Source of the DNA: Elusimicrobiota bacterium
Lineage (GTDB): Bacteria > Elusimicrobiota > Elusimicrobia > UBA1565
Reading direction: 5' to 3'
Assembly (NCBI GenBank): GCA_043819795.1
Contig: JBDREN010000048.1
Coordinates: 1-16,613, forward strand
DNA: 16,613 nt
The notes under the pieces are model-generated. The model did not search any database. It saw only the letters and a list, made by a program, of their open reading frames with translations, and had not been told where the DNA came from. Positions 1 through 8,383 of the stretch are shown here, piece after piece. The position numbers were made by a program, and so were the translations under genes. The number at the start of each line of letters is the position of its first letter. Positions within the stretch are counted from its first letter, which is position 1.

Positions 1-92
1 CGGAACAGCATGCCGTTCGCGAAAACGCAATATAATCGACTTCCAGCATCGGGCACTTGCCGAATTCTTGCTTTTATTGCGTCTTTGGCCGT

Positions 93-123
93 TCGTGTAC
101 GGGGCCATAGGCCCCGTGTACGA
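93..123. other. GC-rich hairpin (REP-like or terminator-like) downstream of the LamG gene
   Basis: TCGTGTACGGGGCC-ATA-GGCCCCGTGTACGA forms a 14-bp stem on the + strand with two G:T wobbles. There is no clear U-tract on the minus strand. Confidence 0.4.
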
Positions 124-136
124 CTCTGGGACACTA

Positions 137-2140
137 TTAATAGATTTTGTCGCCCGAGGGGGCGCAGGCCATATACGCGTTGAACTGCGGCATCGTGGCG
201 TTCTTCGTGATCAGGCGCGGGGGATTGGGGGTCTCCAGGCAGTTGTCGTGATCGTCTATGACGCCGTCATAATCCGTGTCGGGCTCGCAGGCGTCGCCGG
301 CCCCGTCCGCGTCGGCGTCCGCTTGACCGGGATTATGGTGGTCCGGACAGTTGTCGCACGCGTCTCCCGCGCCGTCCTCGGCGGGATAGCGGGCGCCCGC
401 CAGGCCGCTCTGGTAATGCAGCGCTATCTCTTCGGCGCTCAGGGCCCGGTCATAGACCGCGACCTCGTCGATGACGCCGTGCGCGGGGAATCTATGGGTC
501 GACCAGGATGGCGTCCCGCCCATGCCGATCATCAGCGGGTTTGTCCCATAGTCCCGGGGAATCCCGTGAAACGCCGCCGTTCCCTGGAGCTGCCCGTTCG
601 TGTACAAGGCCAGCACTCCGCTCACGCTGTCCACGGTCATGACGGCATGGATCCACTGCTCGGGCTCGTACGTCACGGAGCCGACCCCGAATCCCTGGTT
701 CTCGGTATTCCAGACCGTCGCCTGGATCCTCTTGGTATGCGAGTAGTCCAGCCCCGTGTGCCAGCCGGGCTTGGTGACGATCCCATAGGCCATGTCGATG
801 TAATCGGGGTCCACATTCGGGGGAACCGACAGGGGATAGAACCACGCCTCGAACGTATAATCCCCTTCTTCGGTGATATTCTCCAGGAACGAGGAGCCCT
901 CGACCGTGACGTGATCGTCGACGCCGTCGAACCGCAAGGCACCGTCGACGCGGCCGCCGGTCCAGGCCGCGCCGGCGATCGTCCCGGGGCTGCCGCCGGC
1001 GGAATCGGCCGCGGTCGTCCCGGAGCCCTCATCGAGCGTCCAGAAAGAAAGCATGCCCAGCCCAATGCTGTCGGTGTCGGCTTGGTCCGGATTGGGCGCG
1101 GCGAGGCAGTTGTCGCAGGCGTCGCCCGCCCCATCGCCGTCGCCGTCCGCCTGCCCGGGATTGTGATCGTACGGGCAATTATCGACGTCTCCGCAAAGCC
1201 CGTCATCGTCCGCGTCATTCTCGGGCGACGCGGGACAGGCGTCGCATGCGTCTCCCATCCCGTCTTGATCGGCGTCGGCCTGATCATCGTTATAAACGCC
1301 GGGGCAGTTATCGAGATAATTCGGGATGCCGTCTTCATCCGCGTCGTCCGGAACACCGCAGTAATCCACGCCGGCCAGGCTATCTTGATAATGCTCCCAG
1401 ATCTCGGCCGCTGATAAAGCCCTGTCGTAGATCGCGACCTCGTCAATGACGCCATGAGCGGGCCAGGTCCAATATCCGGCCGCTGGCGCGTGTATGCCGA
1501 TCCGTACAGGCTGTGTTCCGTAGTCTTTTAAAGTCCCGGAATATGTCGTTGATCGTACTTTTTGCCCGTTGACATACAAAGTCAGCACTTTATTCACGCT
1601 ATCCAGGGTCGAAGCGGCATGGATCCACTGCCCCGGGTCATAAGTCCTCGAATCGATGTAGATCGCGCGGTATGCCGTATCCCAGGTTTCCGCTTGTATG
1701 ACACCGGAGTATTTGTACGCCAACCCCGTGTAGTATCCGGATTTAGTGATTATCCCCGCCGCATATCCATAGGTTGTGTCATCCCCGGGCCTCGACAAAG
1801 GATAGAGCCACGCCTCAAACGTATAATCTCCTTCAGTGATGTTTTCCAAAGAAGGGGAGTTGGCTATTTCAACGTAATCGTCCACGCCGTCGAAACTCAA
1901 AGCGCCGCCATGCATGCCGGTCGTCCATGCCGCTCCGGAAACGGCCCCTGGATTGGCATCAGAGGCGTCGCTCGCGGTTGTCCCGCTTATCGCGTCGAAC
2001 TTCCAATAGGAGACCATGCCGGAAGGACATGTCGCCGGAGCTTGCGCCGCGACAAGAGATGCGAATGAAAACAAACAAGACAGAAGAATCGCGGAAGGGA
2101 CAGGCTTCCCGGAAACACTAGGCACTTTGATCATTTTCAT
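137..2140 (-). CDS. Secreted LamG-like jellyroll (x2) / thrombospondin type-3 repeat protein, probably C-terminally truncated
   Basis: Signal-peptide-like N-terminus. Two LamG-like domains (YWKFD..GTTASD...GALSFDGVDDYV...FEAW...WIHA...LYVNG...GVIDEVAIYDRALSAAEI). Several DxDxDGxGDACDNCP..NPxQ TSP3 Ca-binding repeats. GGGGT upstream of the ATG. Confidence 0.9.
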   Translation of the reverse strand: MKMIKVPSVSGKPVPSAILLSCLFSFASLVAAQAPATCPSGMVSYWKFDAISGTTASDASDANPGAVSGAAWTTGMHGGALSFDGVDDYVEIANSPSLENITEGDYTFEAWLYPLSRPGDDTTYGYAAGIITKSGYYTGLAYKYSGVIQAETWDTAYRAIYIDSRTYDPGQWIHAASTLDSVNKVLTLYVNGQKVRSTTYSGTLKDYGTQPVRIGIHAPAAGYWTWPAHGVIDEVAIYDRALSAAEIWEHYQDSLAGVDYCGVPDDADEDGIPNYLDNCPGVYNDDQADADQDGMGDACDACPASPENDADDDGLCGDVDNCPYDHNPGQADGDGDGAGDACDNCLAAPNPDQADTDSIGLGMLSFWTLDEGSGTTAADSAGGSPGTIAGAAWTGGRVDGALRFDGVDDHVTVEGSSFLENITEEGDYTFEAWFYPLSVPPNVDPDYIDMAYGIVTKPGWHTGLDYSHTKRIQATVWNTENQGFGVGSVTYEPEQWIHAVMTVDSVSGVLALYTNGQLQGTAAFHGIPRDYGTNPLMIGMGGTPSWSTHRFPAHGVIDEVAVYDRALSAEEIALHYQSGLAGARYPAEDGAGDACDNCPDHHNPGQADADADGAGDACEPDTDYDGVIDDHDNCLETPNPPRLITKNATMPQFNAYMACAPSGDKIY

Positions 2141-2374
2141 TACCCCTGCGGACAGAGCAGCTTTTCCGCCGCCAGAACAGACCTCGCGGCCGCTTCCAAA
2201 GACCCGTCAGCGACAAGATGCGGGAAGCGCCGGCTATTTCCCACCACCACCGAGTATTACGTCTCTTTAGAAGCATAACGCCAATTCGCTGACAAGTCAA
2301 TGACAGTCGCCCGACAATGATGTTGAAATAATCCTTACTGCACAAGCATAAATTACTTTGTCAGGGAACGGCAT

Positions 2375-2419
2375 CGGCGTCAGGCATTGAGTTTCTTGAG
2401 TTGTTTGAGTAACTCCGCC
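2375..2419 (+). repeat. Family B repeat (CGGCGTCAGGCA + three 9-nt TTGAGT units)
   Basis: 41/45 identical to 9949-9993. The head also recurs at 16221-16241. Confidence 0.9.
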
Positions 2420-2427
2420 GGCCGCCC

Positions 2428-2510
2428 CCCCAACTTGAAATGCAGGATTGGCATTTCAAGTCGCGTCCCTCTTCTTTAAGATGCCAATTCGGCACCTTAG
2501 AGAATTATGC
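2428..2510. repeat. Two adjacent ORF6N-type palindromes, homologous to 10163-10209 and 11061-11095
   Basis: 2428-2474 is 40/47 identical to 10163-10209 and contains an 11-bp perfect IR (ACTTGAAATGC/GCATTTCAAGT). 2477-2510 (TAAGATGCCAATTCGGCACCTTAGAGAATTATGC) closely matches 11061-11095. Confidence 0.85.
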
Positions 2511-2562
2511 TCATCCCGGGTCAGGGGGCGGGTCCAAGCGGGCTTTTATCCTCCGGATTCGA

Positions 2563-2568
2563 TAGGAT
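2563..2568 (+). promoter_or_regulatory. Putative -10 box (TAGGAT) for a leaderless SDR transcript
   Basis: TANNNT 7 nt before ATG 2576. The same geometry occurs at four other genes in the window. Confidence 0.45.
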
Positions 2569-2575
2569 ATCTCCC

Positions 2576-4138
2576 ATGGAAGAGCGTCCCGCCTCCGACG
2601 AGAAGTCCCCCAAGGCTGATCCGGAAGACCTCCGCCGGGCGACTCGCCTGCTCGAGGCGGTCGTCGAGGACCGGCGGCTTCTGGCGGCGCTTTCCGAAGA
2701 TGAGGCCATCCGCCTCAAGGCGGCCGCGGGACGCCTGTCTAGGCCGGACCGGCTCGAGCAGATGAAGACATCCAAGCGCGCCCGGACGGCGCGAAAGAGG
2801 CGTTTGGTCGAAGTGGACCGCGCCGCTCGGGGAGAGAGCCGTATCAGAAAGGTCCGGTCTGAAAGCGTGTTCCGGGCGCCCGGACGGGTCGCCGGGGATG
2901 AACGTCCGCCCTATCGCAAGCTCAACATGCCGCGCGACTGCTACGTCTGCCATTCCTCTTTCGATAAGCTGCACTTCTTCTACGACTCCATGTGCCCCGA
3001 ATGCGCCGAGTTCAATTACGACAAACGGTTCCAAACGGCGTCTTTAGAGGGCTGGACGGCCCTGATCACGGGCGGGCGGCTCAAGATCGGCCGGCAGGCG
3101 GCGCTGATGATGCTGCGCGCCGGCGCGCGGGTGGTGGTGACCACCCGCTTCCCGCATGACGCCGCCGTGCGCTACGCGGGGGAGGACGATTACGACGCCT
3201 GGTCGGACCGGCTGCATGTCCACGGGCTCGACCTCCGGCACGCGCCCAGCGTGGAGATATTCGCCCGGTACCTGGACGCGACGCTCGGCCGGCTGGATAT
3301 CATCATCAACAACGCCGCGCAGACCGTGCGCCGCCCGCCGGGCTTCTACGCCCACCTTTTGGACCGCGAGGCGCAGGCCGCCGTCGAGCTCGGGGGCAAG
3401 GCCGCCAAGCTGCTTGAAGCTCGCGAAGCCTGCCGCGCGGCATTAGGCGGCGTCCCCGCCCTCCCCGGGGCGAAGGACGTCTCCTCGGGGAAAGGGCTCC
3501 TGGCCTGGCAGGCCGGGCTAACCGGCATCGGCATCCGCGCGGCCGCGCATCTTTCGCAGATCCCCTACTCCTATGACGACGCGGCGCTGGGCGCCGATGT
3601 CTTTCCGGCCGGCCGGCTGGACGCGGATCTCCAGCAGGTGGACAAGCGGACTCACAACACCTGGCGGATGGCTCTGGGCGAGGTCCCGACCCCGGAGCTG
3701 GTCGAAACCATGCTCATCAACGCCGTGGCGCCTTTCATCCTCAACGGCAAGCTCAAGCCCTTGATGCTTCGCAACCCTACCGGCGCTCAGCATATCGTGA
3801 ATGTCTCGGCCATGGAGGGGAGCTTCTCGCGAAAGACCAAGACCGACAAGCATCCGCACACCAATATGGCCAAGGCCGCGCTCAACATGATGACGCTCAC
3901 CTCCGCCCCCGACTACTTCAAAGACGGCATCCACATGAACGCGGTCGACACGGGCTGGGTCACCGATGAGGACCCCATGCGGGACTCGCTCAGGAAGCGC
4001 GATGAGCACGACTTCGAGCCGCCCCTGGACATCGTGGACGGAGCCGCGAGGGTCTGCGACCCCTTCTTCCACGGCCGGCTCACCGGCGAGCACCTTTGGG
4101 GGAAGTTCCTGAAGGACTACCGCCCTACCGGCTGGTAA
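2576..4138 (+). CDS. Atypical short-chain dehydrogenase/reductase with N-terminal CxxC-CxxC Zn-ribbon
   Basis: ALITGGRLKIG Rossmann motif, IIINNAAQT, IVNVSAMEG, HPHTNMAKAALNM, MNAVDTGW, and CYVC...MCPEC upstream. Start moved from 2507 to ATG 2576 because 2507 lies in the repeat and a -10 box precedes 2576. Confidence 0.88.
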   Translation: MEERPASDEKSPKADPEDLRRATRLLEAVVEDRRLLAALSEDEAIRLKAAAGRLSRPDRLEQMKTSKRARTARKRRLVEVDRAARGESRIRKVRSESVFRAPGRVAGDERPPYRKLNMPRDCYVCHSSFDKLHFFYDSMCPECAEFNYDKRFQTASLEGWTALITGGRLKIGRQAALMMLRAGARVVVTTRFPHDAAVRYAGEDDYDAWSDRLHVHGLDLRHAPSVEIFARYLDATLGRLDIIINNAAQTVRRPPGFYAHLLDREAQAAVELGGKAAKLLEAREACRAALGGVPALPGAKDVSSGKGLLAWQAGLTGIGIRAAAHLSQIPYSYDDAALGADVFPAGRLDADLQQVDKRTHNTWRMALGEVPTPELVETMLINAVAPFILNGKLKPLMLRNPTGAQHIVNVSAMEGSFSRKTKTDKHPHTNMAKAALNMMTLTSAPDYFKDGIHMNAVDTGWVTDEDPMRDSLRKRDEHDFEPPLDIVDGAARVCDPFFHGRLTGEHLWGKFLKDYRPTGW

Positions 4139-4174
4139 GCGGCGTCCCCACGCTTAACATAATCGGAGAAAGCT

Positions 4175-5821
4175 TCAACAAATGGACTTTATCCCGTCCG
4201 GGGAGGGAGGCTCCGCCTTGTAGAGGAACCCTCCGCGCTTCTCGATGTAGGCGTCTTCGCCGATGGTCTCGAGCTCGCGGATCTGATCCGCCAGATGCTC
4301 GACCACGTGCCGCGTCTGCCACCGCAGATGGACGTAGAATACCGCCGTCATCGCGGCAATGGCGAAGTGCCTCGGCCCGTGGAGCAAAGCGTAGGCCGCG
4401 GTCGCCAGGAAGGGAAAGAGCGCGGAGGGACGCGCCAGATAGAGCGCGAACACCTTGATCATCGTCCAGGCCATCCCCGGCAAGAGGCGCAACGGGGGCT
4501 TGTGGCGGGTATGGGGACGATACCGGCGGATGAAAACGCGCACCCGGCCAAAGAACTCGCTCGGTGAATAGACGCGGGCCAGCATAGCGCGGTATTCCCT
4601 AAGGATCTCCTGTCGCGGACGAAGGGGAGTGAAGTTCAGGCCGGCGGTCATCTGATCGAACTCGCCGGGCCTGATGGCCGCGCCTCGCTTCCGGACCAGC
4701 AGACGGCCTTCCCGTATCAGACGGTCGTCGAGTTGAGTGCCGGGCAGCGAGGTAAGCAGTCCGATCATCGCGGTGGAGATCCCGCTCTCCTCAAGACACG
4801 ACGCGATCGCTTCGGCGGCCCCGGGCCGCTCATTATCGAAGCCCAGGATGAAGCCCCCCATCACCATGATCCCGGCCTCGTTCATCCGGCGGACGCACTC
4901 GGAGATCGGGATCAGCGAGTTCTGGGACTTCCCCGCCCCTCTCAGGAGCTCGGGGTCCGGGGTCTCTATCCCGATGAAGACGTAGCGGAAATCGCAACGC
5001 CTCATCAGCTCCAAAAGTTCGGCATCCCGCGCCAGGCCCAAGGTCGCCTGGGCGGAGAAGTAGAACGGCCATCCCCGGGCTTCGGACCACTCGATGATCG
5101 CGCGCAGCAACCGCTTGACCGCGTTGCGCGGGCCGATGAGATTGTCGTCCACGAAGTCCAGGTGGCCGCGATAGCCGGACTCGTAGAGAGAGTCGAACTC
5201 CGCCAGGAGCCGCTCCGGGGTCTTGGTCCGGGGTTCGCGGCCGAAGAGCTCGATGATGTCGCAGAACTCGCAGTTGTTCGGGCATCCCCGCGAGAACTGG
5301 ACTCCCAGATAGAGATAATCCTTGACCCGCGCCAGATCGAAACGCGGCTTCGGACTCCGCTCCAGATCGGGACGAACGCCGTCGGTCCCAAAGCTGCCCG
5401 ACCGGGCCCCGGACTCCCAGGCCGCCACGAATTTCGGTATGGAGACTTCCCCCTCTCCCGACACGATGAAGTCCGCCTCCTGATAGACCTGGGGTTGGTG
5501 CGTCGCGTCGGGGCCTCCCACCGCCACCGGCTTGCCCTTGGCCTGCGCCCGCTTGATGATGCGTACCGTCTCCAGCTGCTGGGTGATCATCCCGCCGGTC
5601 ATCACCAGATGCGCCCATTCCAGATCGGCGTCCGAGAGGTCCGAGACGTTCAGGTCCACCAAGCGGCACTCCCAGTCCGCCGGCAGCAAGGCGGCCACGG
5701 TGAGCAGGCCCAGGGGAGTGGTCTGGTACTTGAGCCCGGCCACGCGATAGGCGCTCGCGAAGTTCCAGAAACTGAACTCCGAGAACTTGGGATATATGAG
5801 AAGGCAGCGGGTCTTCGCCAC
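4175..5821 (-). CDS. Cobalamin-binding radical SAM protein (DUF4070-type)
   Basis: N-terminal B12-binding region (PLGLLTVAALLP...AVGGPDAT...GEGE), SRGCPNNCEFC (CxxxCxxC), FVDDNLIG, FIGIET, GFILGFD. Start placed at GTG 5821, 6 nt after TATCCT; ATG 5857 is an alternative. Confidence 0.9.
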   Translation of the reverse strand: MAKTRCLLIYPKFSEFSFWNFASAYRVAGLKYQTTPLGLLTVAALLPADWECRLVDLNVSDLSDADLEWAHLVMTGGMITQQLETVRIIKRAQAKGKPVAVGGPDATHQPQVYQEADFIVSGEGEVSIPKFVAAWESGARSGSFGTDGVRPDLERSPKPRFDLARVKDYLYLGVQFSRGCPNNCEFCDIIELFGREPRTKTPERLLAEFDSLYESGYRGHLDFVDDNLIGPRNAVKRLLRAIIEWSEARGWPFYFSAQATLGLARDAELLELMRRCDFRYVFIGIETPDPELLRGAGKSQNSLIPISECVRRMNEAGIMVMGGFILGFDNERPGAAEAIASCLEESGISTAMIGLLTSLPGTQLDDRLIREGRLLVRKRGAAIRPGEFDQMTAGLNFTPLRPRQEILREYRAMLARVYSPSEFFGRVRVFIRRYRPHTRHKPPLRLLPGMAWTMIKVFALYLARPSALFPFLATAAYALLHGPRHFAIAAMTAVFYVHLRWQTRHVVEHLADQIRELETIGEDAYIEKRGGFLYKAEPPSPDGIKSIC

Positions 5822-6043
5822 GCACCAAGGATAGCTCGCGGGGGAGGTTTGCGCCATCCCTACATGCCCCCAGCTCTGGTCGGCCCTGCCCTGCTGACAA
5901 AAAAGAAATCCCATATTCCCCGATACGCCATTCCGCATTCATTCGCAGCGCTCTGTCCGCAGCAAGTCAGCGCCGCTGCCGGCCCGATGTTTTAGAGGAG
6001 TTGACGAAAGTGCGTTCGGCTCCAGGGACAACGCGCGGCTCTT

Positions 6044-7312
6044 CTAGACTTCCCGTACCGCCTGTCCGAAATGCAGCCGGATCCAGCCCAGCTCCCGGGG
6101 GGAGGGGCACCACAGGGTCCCCGGCTCGAGCCCGGTCCCCCGGCGCAGCGAGTAGGGGACCGTTCCCAGCCGCTCGTGCGTCGCGCGGACCTCGGCCAGG
6201 CTGGCCGTGCCGCCGCCGGGCGTGAGGAATAATGGGGCCGCTTCCAGGCTTTCCCGTTCGGGGCCGCCCGCCTTGGCCGCCGCGAGGTTCGCGGCGCACC
6301 GGTGGAGCCAGTCGGTGATGAGTCCGGCTCGGGCCAGGGGCCGCTCTTGGAGCTCTTCGGCGTCCCAGCCTTCGGGCGTTCCCAATAGGTTCTGCCATGA
6401 GCCGCGCGATGTCCAGTCGGCGAAGGCCGCCGCCGGCTCCAGCCGCTCGGGGAGGCCGGTGAAATCGCGTTCATGCCCGGCGAGGACCTTCCGAAGCAGC
6501 CGGAGCTCCTCGCGGCCGAGCAGGCGGAGCAGCTTGCCCCAGCGCGCTTCGCGCACGACATGGCTCTGCGCGATATCGAGGCTCAGCTTGGCGTCTTCGA
6601 CGAGCCCGAGTACGGGCAGGGGCAGCTCGAGGGTCGTCTCCTGGACGAGCACGCCGTGGCGATAGATCCAGAGACGGCTCTCGCCGTGCTCGCTGAACGG
6701 CCAAGGGCGCTGCCAGCCGCGCGCCTTTCCCTGCGCGAAGGCCGCCGCGTCCGGGGGGCATGGGAGTCTCGGCAGCTCGGCGTCGTCGATGAGCACCGGG
6801 CACGGCGCCAAGGCGCAGACCCGTTCCCGGGCGAGGAGGCCGCGCCAATCCGGCGCCCGGGAGGCCCGTCCCCAGCGCACCGACACCACAGTGTCGGCGT
6901 CGCTCCCCTTCTCGGGGGAGACCGTCTCCCCGCCCAGCTTCGCGAGCTCCAGCCTGACGCGGGCGCCGCCTTCCCCCGAGACCACGGTGATCGACGCGGG
7001 CTCGGAGCGCAGGGCCGTGAGCAGCCCGAGCCCCAGCTCTTTGAGCCGGCCGTCGCTTCCCCCGCCGAGCACGCCGTCATAGACGCGATCGAGGTCCTCG
7101 GCGGTGAAGGCCTTTCCTTTGAAGCGGATCGAGAAGCCGCCGGCTTTTCCCGAGAGCCGGACCGACGAGGCGCCGGCGGCGATGGCGCAGCGCAGCCACG
7201 ACAGCGCGAAAAAGCCGGCCTCCGGGACCCGGTAGTCCTTGAGGATCTCAAGGGCGCGCTCCCTGGCGACCCGCAGACCGCCCGATCCGACGAATACCCC
7301 CTCCTCTTCCAC
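6044..7312 (-). CDS. Hypothetical protein with degenerate GHKL/HATPase-like N-terminus
   Basis: C-terminal 422 aa of the listed 697-aa ORF; the upstream part is antisense to the SPFH gene. Contains RERALEILKDYRV...SWLRCAIAAGA...FKGKAFTAEDL...LKELGLGLLTAL...ITVVS. GTG start 6 nt after TATGAT. Confidence 0.7.
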   Translation of the reverse strand: MEEEGVFVGSGGLRVARERALEILKDYRVPEAGFFALSWLRCAIAAGASSVRLSGKAGGFSIRFKGKAFTAEDLDRVYDGVLGGGSDGRLKELGLGLLTALRSEPASITVVSGEGGARVRLELAKLGGETVSPEKGSDADTVVSVRWGRASRAPDWRGLLARERVCALAPCPVLIDDAELPRLPCPPDAAAFAQGKARGWQRPWPFSEHGESRLWIYRHGVLVQETTLELPLPVLGLVEDAKLSLDIAQSHVVREARWGKLLRLLGREELRLLRKVLAGHERDFTGLPERLEPAAAFADWTSRGSWQNLLGTPEGWDAEELQERPLARAGLITDWLHRCAANLAAAKAGGPERESLEAAPLFLTPGGGTASLAEVRATHERLGTVPYSLRRGTGLEPGTLWCPSPRELGWIRLHFGQAVREV

Positions 7313-7360
7313 GCTTACATCATAGGAAAGAACGCGGCGGGCATGCCGGGATCGTTTGTG

Positions 7361-7389
7361 TTGACATCCCAGGAGGCGAGAGCTAGACT
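7361..7389 (+). promoter_or_regulatory. Sigma70-type promoter (TTGACA-17-TAGACT) for a leaderless SPFH operon
   Basis: Perfect -35 TTGACA at 7361-7366, 17-nt spacer, TAGACT at 7384-7389, ATG 7 nt downstream at 7397. Confidence 0.75.
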
Positions 7390-7396
7390 TACCCTT

Positions 7397-8383
7397 ATGA
7401 GCATAATGTTCGGATGTGTCGTCGGATTCATCGCCTGGTTCCTGGTCATGTACCTTGTCGCCGGGCTCTATACCGTGGACCAGGACGAACGGGCCGTAAA
7501 GACCTCGTTCGGCCGCGCTAAGCGCATCGAGGGAAGGACCACCCTCGACGACCCCCTCTCGGAGAGCCTTCGCCCCGATGAGCGGGAACGCTATAACTAT
7601 CCGGCGCTCGAGGTCATCGGCCCCGGGGGGCCGTACTTCAAATGGCCCTGGGAGCGGATCCACAAGGCCAAGATCTCCACCCAGACGATGAATATGGCCC
7701 GGGACCTCGAGGACCGCAGCGCCAACAAGAACGGCACGGAGCTCGAAGCGGTGACCAAGGACCAGCTCAACGTCGGGCTGACCGGCGACATCCGCTTCCG
7801 GATCTCCGAGAAGAACCTCTACGCGTATCTGTTCGCCGTCAAGAACCCGATCGTGCACGTCATGGGCTACTTCGTGGCGATCCTGCGCGAGCGCATCGCC
7901 AACTTCGAGGCGGAGCGCAAGCCCGCCGCCGCGGCCGACCCTTCCGACGCCGGGGAGGCCTCGGGCATCTCGATCAACGACCTGCGCAAGAACCTGCGCG
8001 CCATCAACGACCACATGGAGGCTGAGTGCGTTTCCGCCGAAGCCCGCTACGGCGTGGTCTTCGAGGCGTCGCTGATCACGGGCATCGACCCGCCCCCGGA
8101 GGTGGACTCGGCGCTGGCCGCGATCAACACGGCGCACAACGAGGTGTCCTCCGAGATCAGCCTCGCCCGCGCCGCGGCCGACCAGCGCATCGTCGAGTCC
8201 AAGCGCGCCGTCGAGATCGAGACCCTCAAGGCCCAGGCCGAGGTCGAGCCGCTCAAGACCTTGGCCGCCCAGCTCCGCGAGTTCAAGCGGGCCGGCGGCG
8301 ACACGCTGAAGCTCTACCTAAGGAACCTGCGCCTCGCGCTCTACTCCAAGGCGCGGACCGTCGTCATGGAGTCACAGTCATGA
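7397..8383 (+). CDS. SPFH/band-7 domain membrane protein (first of a pair)
   Basis: N-terminal TM helix, GLYTVDQDERAVKTSFG, GPYFKWPWERI, AVTKDQLNV, ITGIDPPPEV, coiled C-terminus. Confidence 0.88.
   Translation: MSIMFGCVVGFIAWFLVMYLVAGLYTVDQDERAVKTSFGRAKRIEGRTTLDDPLSESLRPDERERYNYPALEVIGPGGPYFKWPWERIHKAKISTQTMNMARDLEDRSANKNGTELEAVTKDQLNVGLTGDIRFRISEKNLYAYLFAVKNPIVHVMGYFVAILRERIANFEAERKPAAAADPSDAGEASGISINDLRKNLRAINDHMEAECVSAEARYGVVFEASLITGIDPPPEVDSALAAINTAHNEVSSEISLARAAADQRIVESKRAVEIETLKAQAEVEPLKTLAAQLREFKRAGGDTLKLYLRNLRLALYSKARTVVMESQS

Noticed and set aside
68..1414. 448-aa + strand ORF and other long antisense ORFs (4733-5995, 13733-14383, 15095-16072)
   Set aside because: They are shadow frames of well-supported opposite-strand genes in high-GC DNA and have no recognisable motifs.
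2285..2368. TTCGCTGACAA...TTGTCAGGGAA imperfect inverted repeat upstream of the LamG gene
   Set aside because: 10/11 bp over a long spacer is within chance, and it matches no operator I recognise.
4175..5821. Calling the radical SAM gene hpnP
   Set aside because: The architecture is shared by a large uncharacterised family and there are no hopanoid genes nearby. A phylogeny is needed.
6473..7396. N-terminal extension of the 636-aa SPFH ORF and the 7313-8137 extension of the 697-aa ORF
   Set aside because: Each extension is antisense to the other gene. Promoter geometry and the TM N-terminus place the starts at 7397 and 7312.
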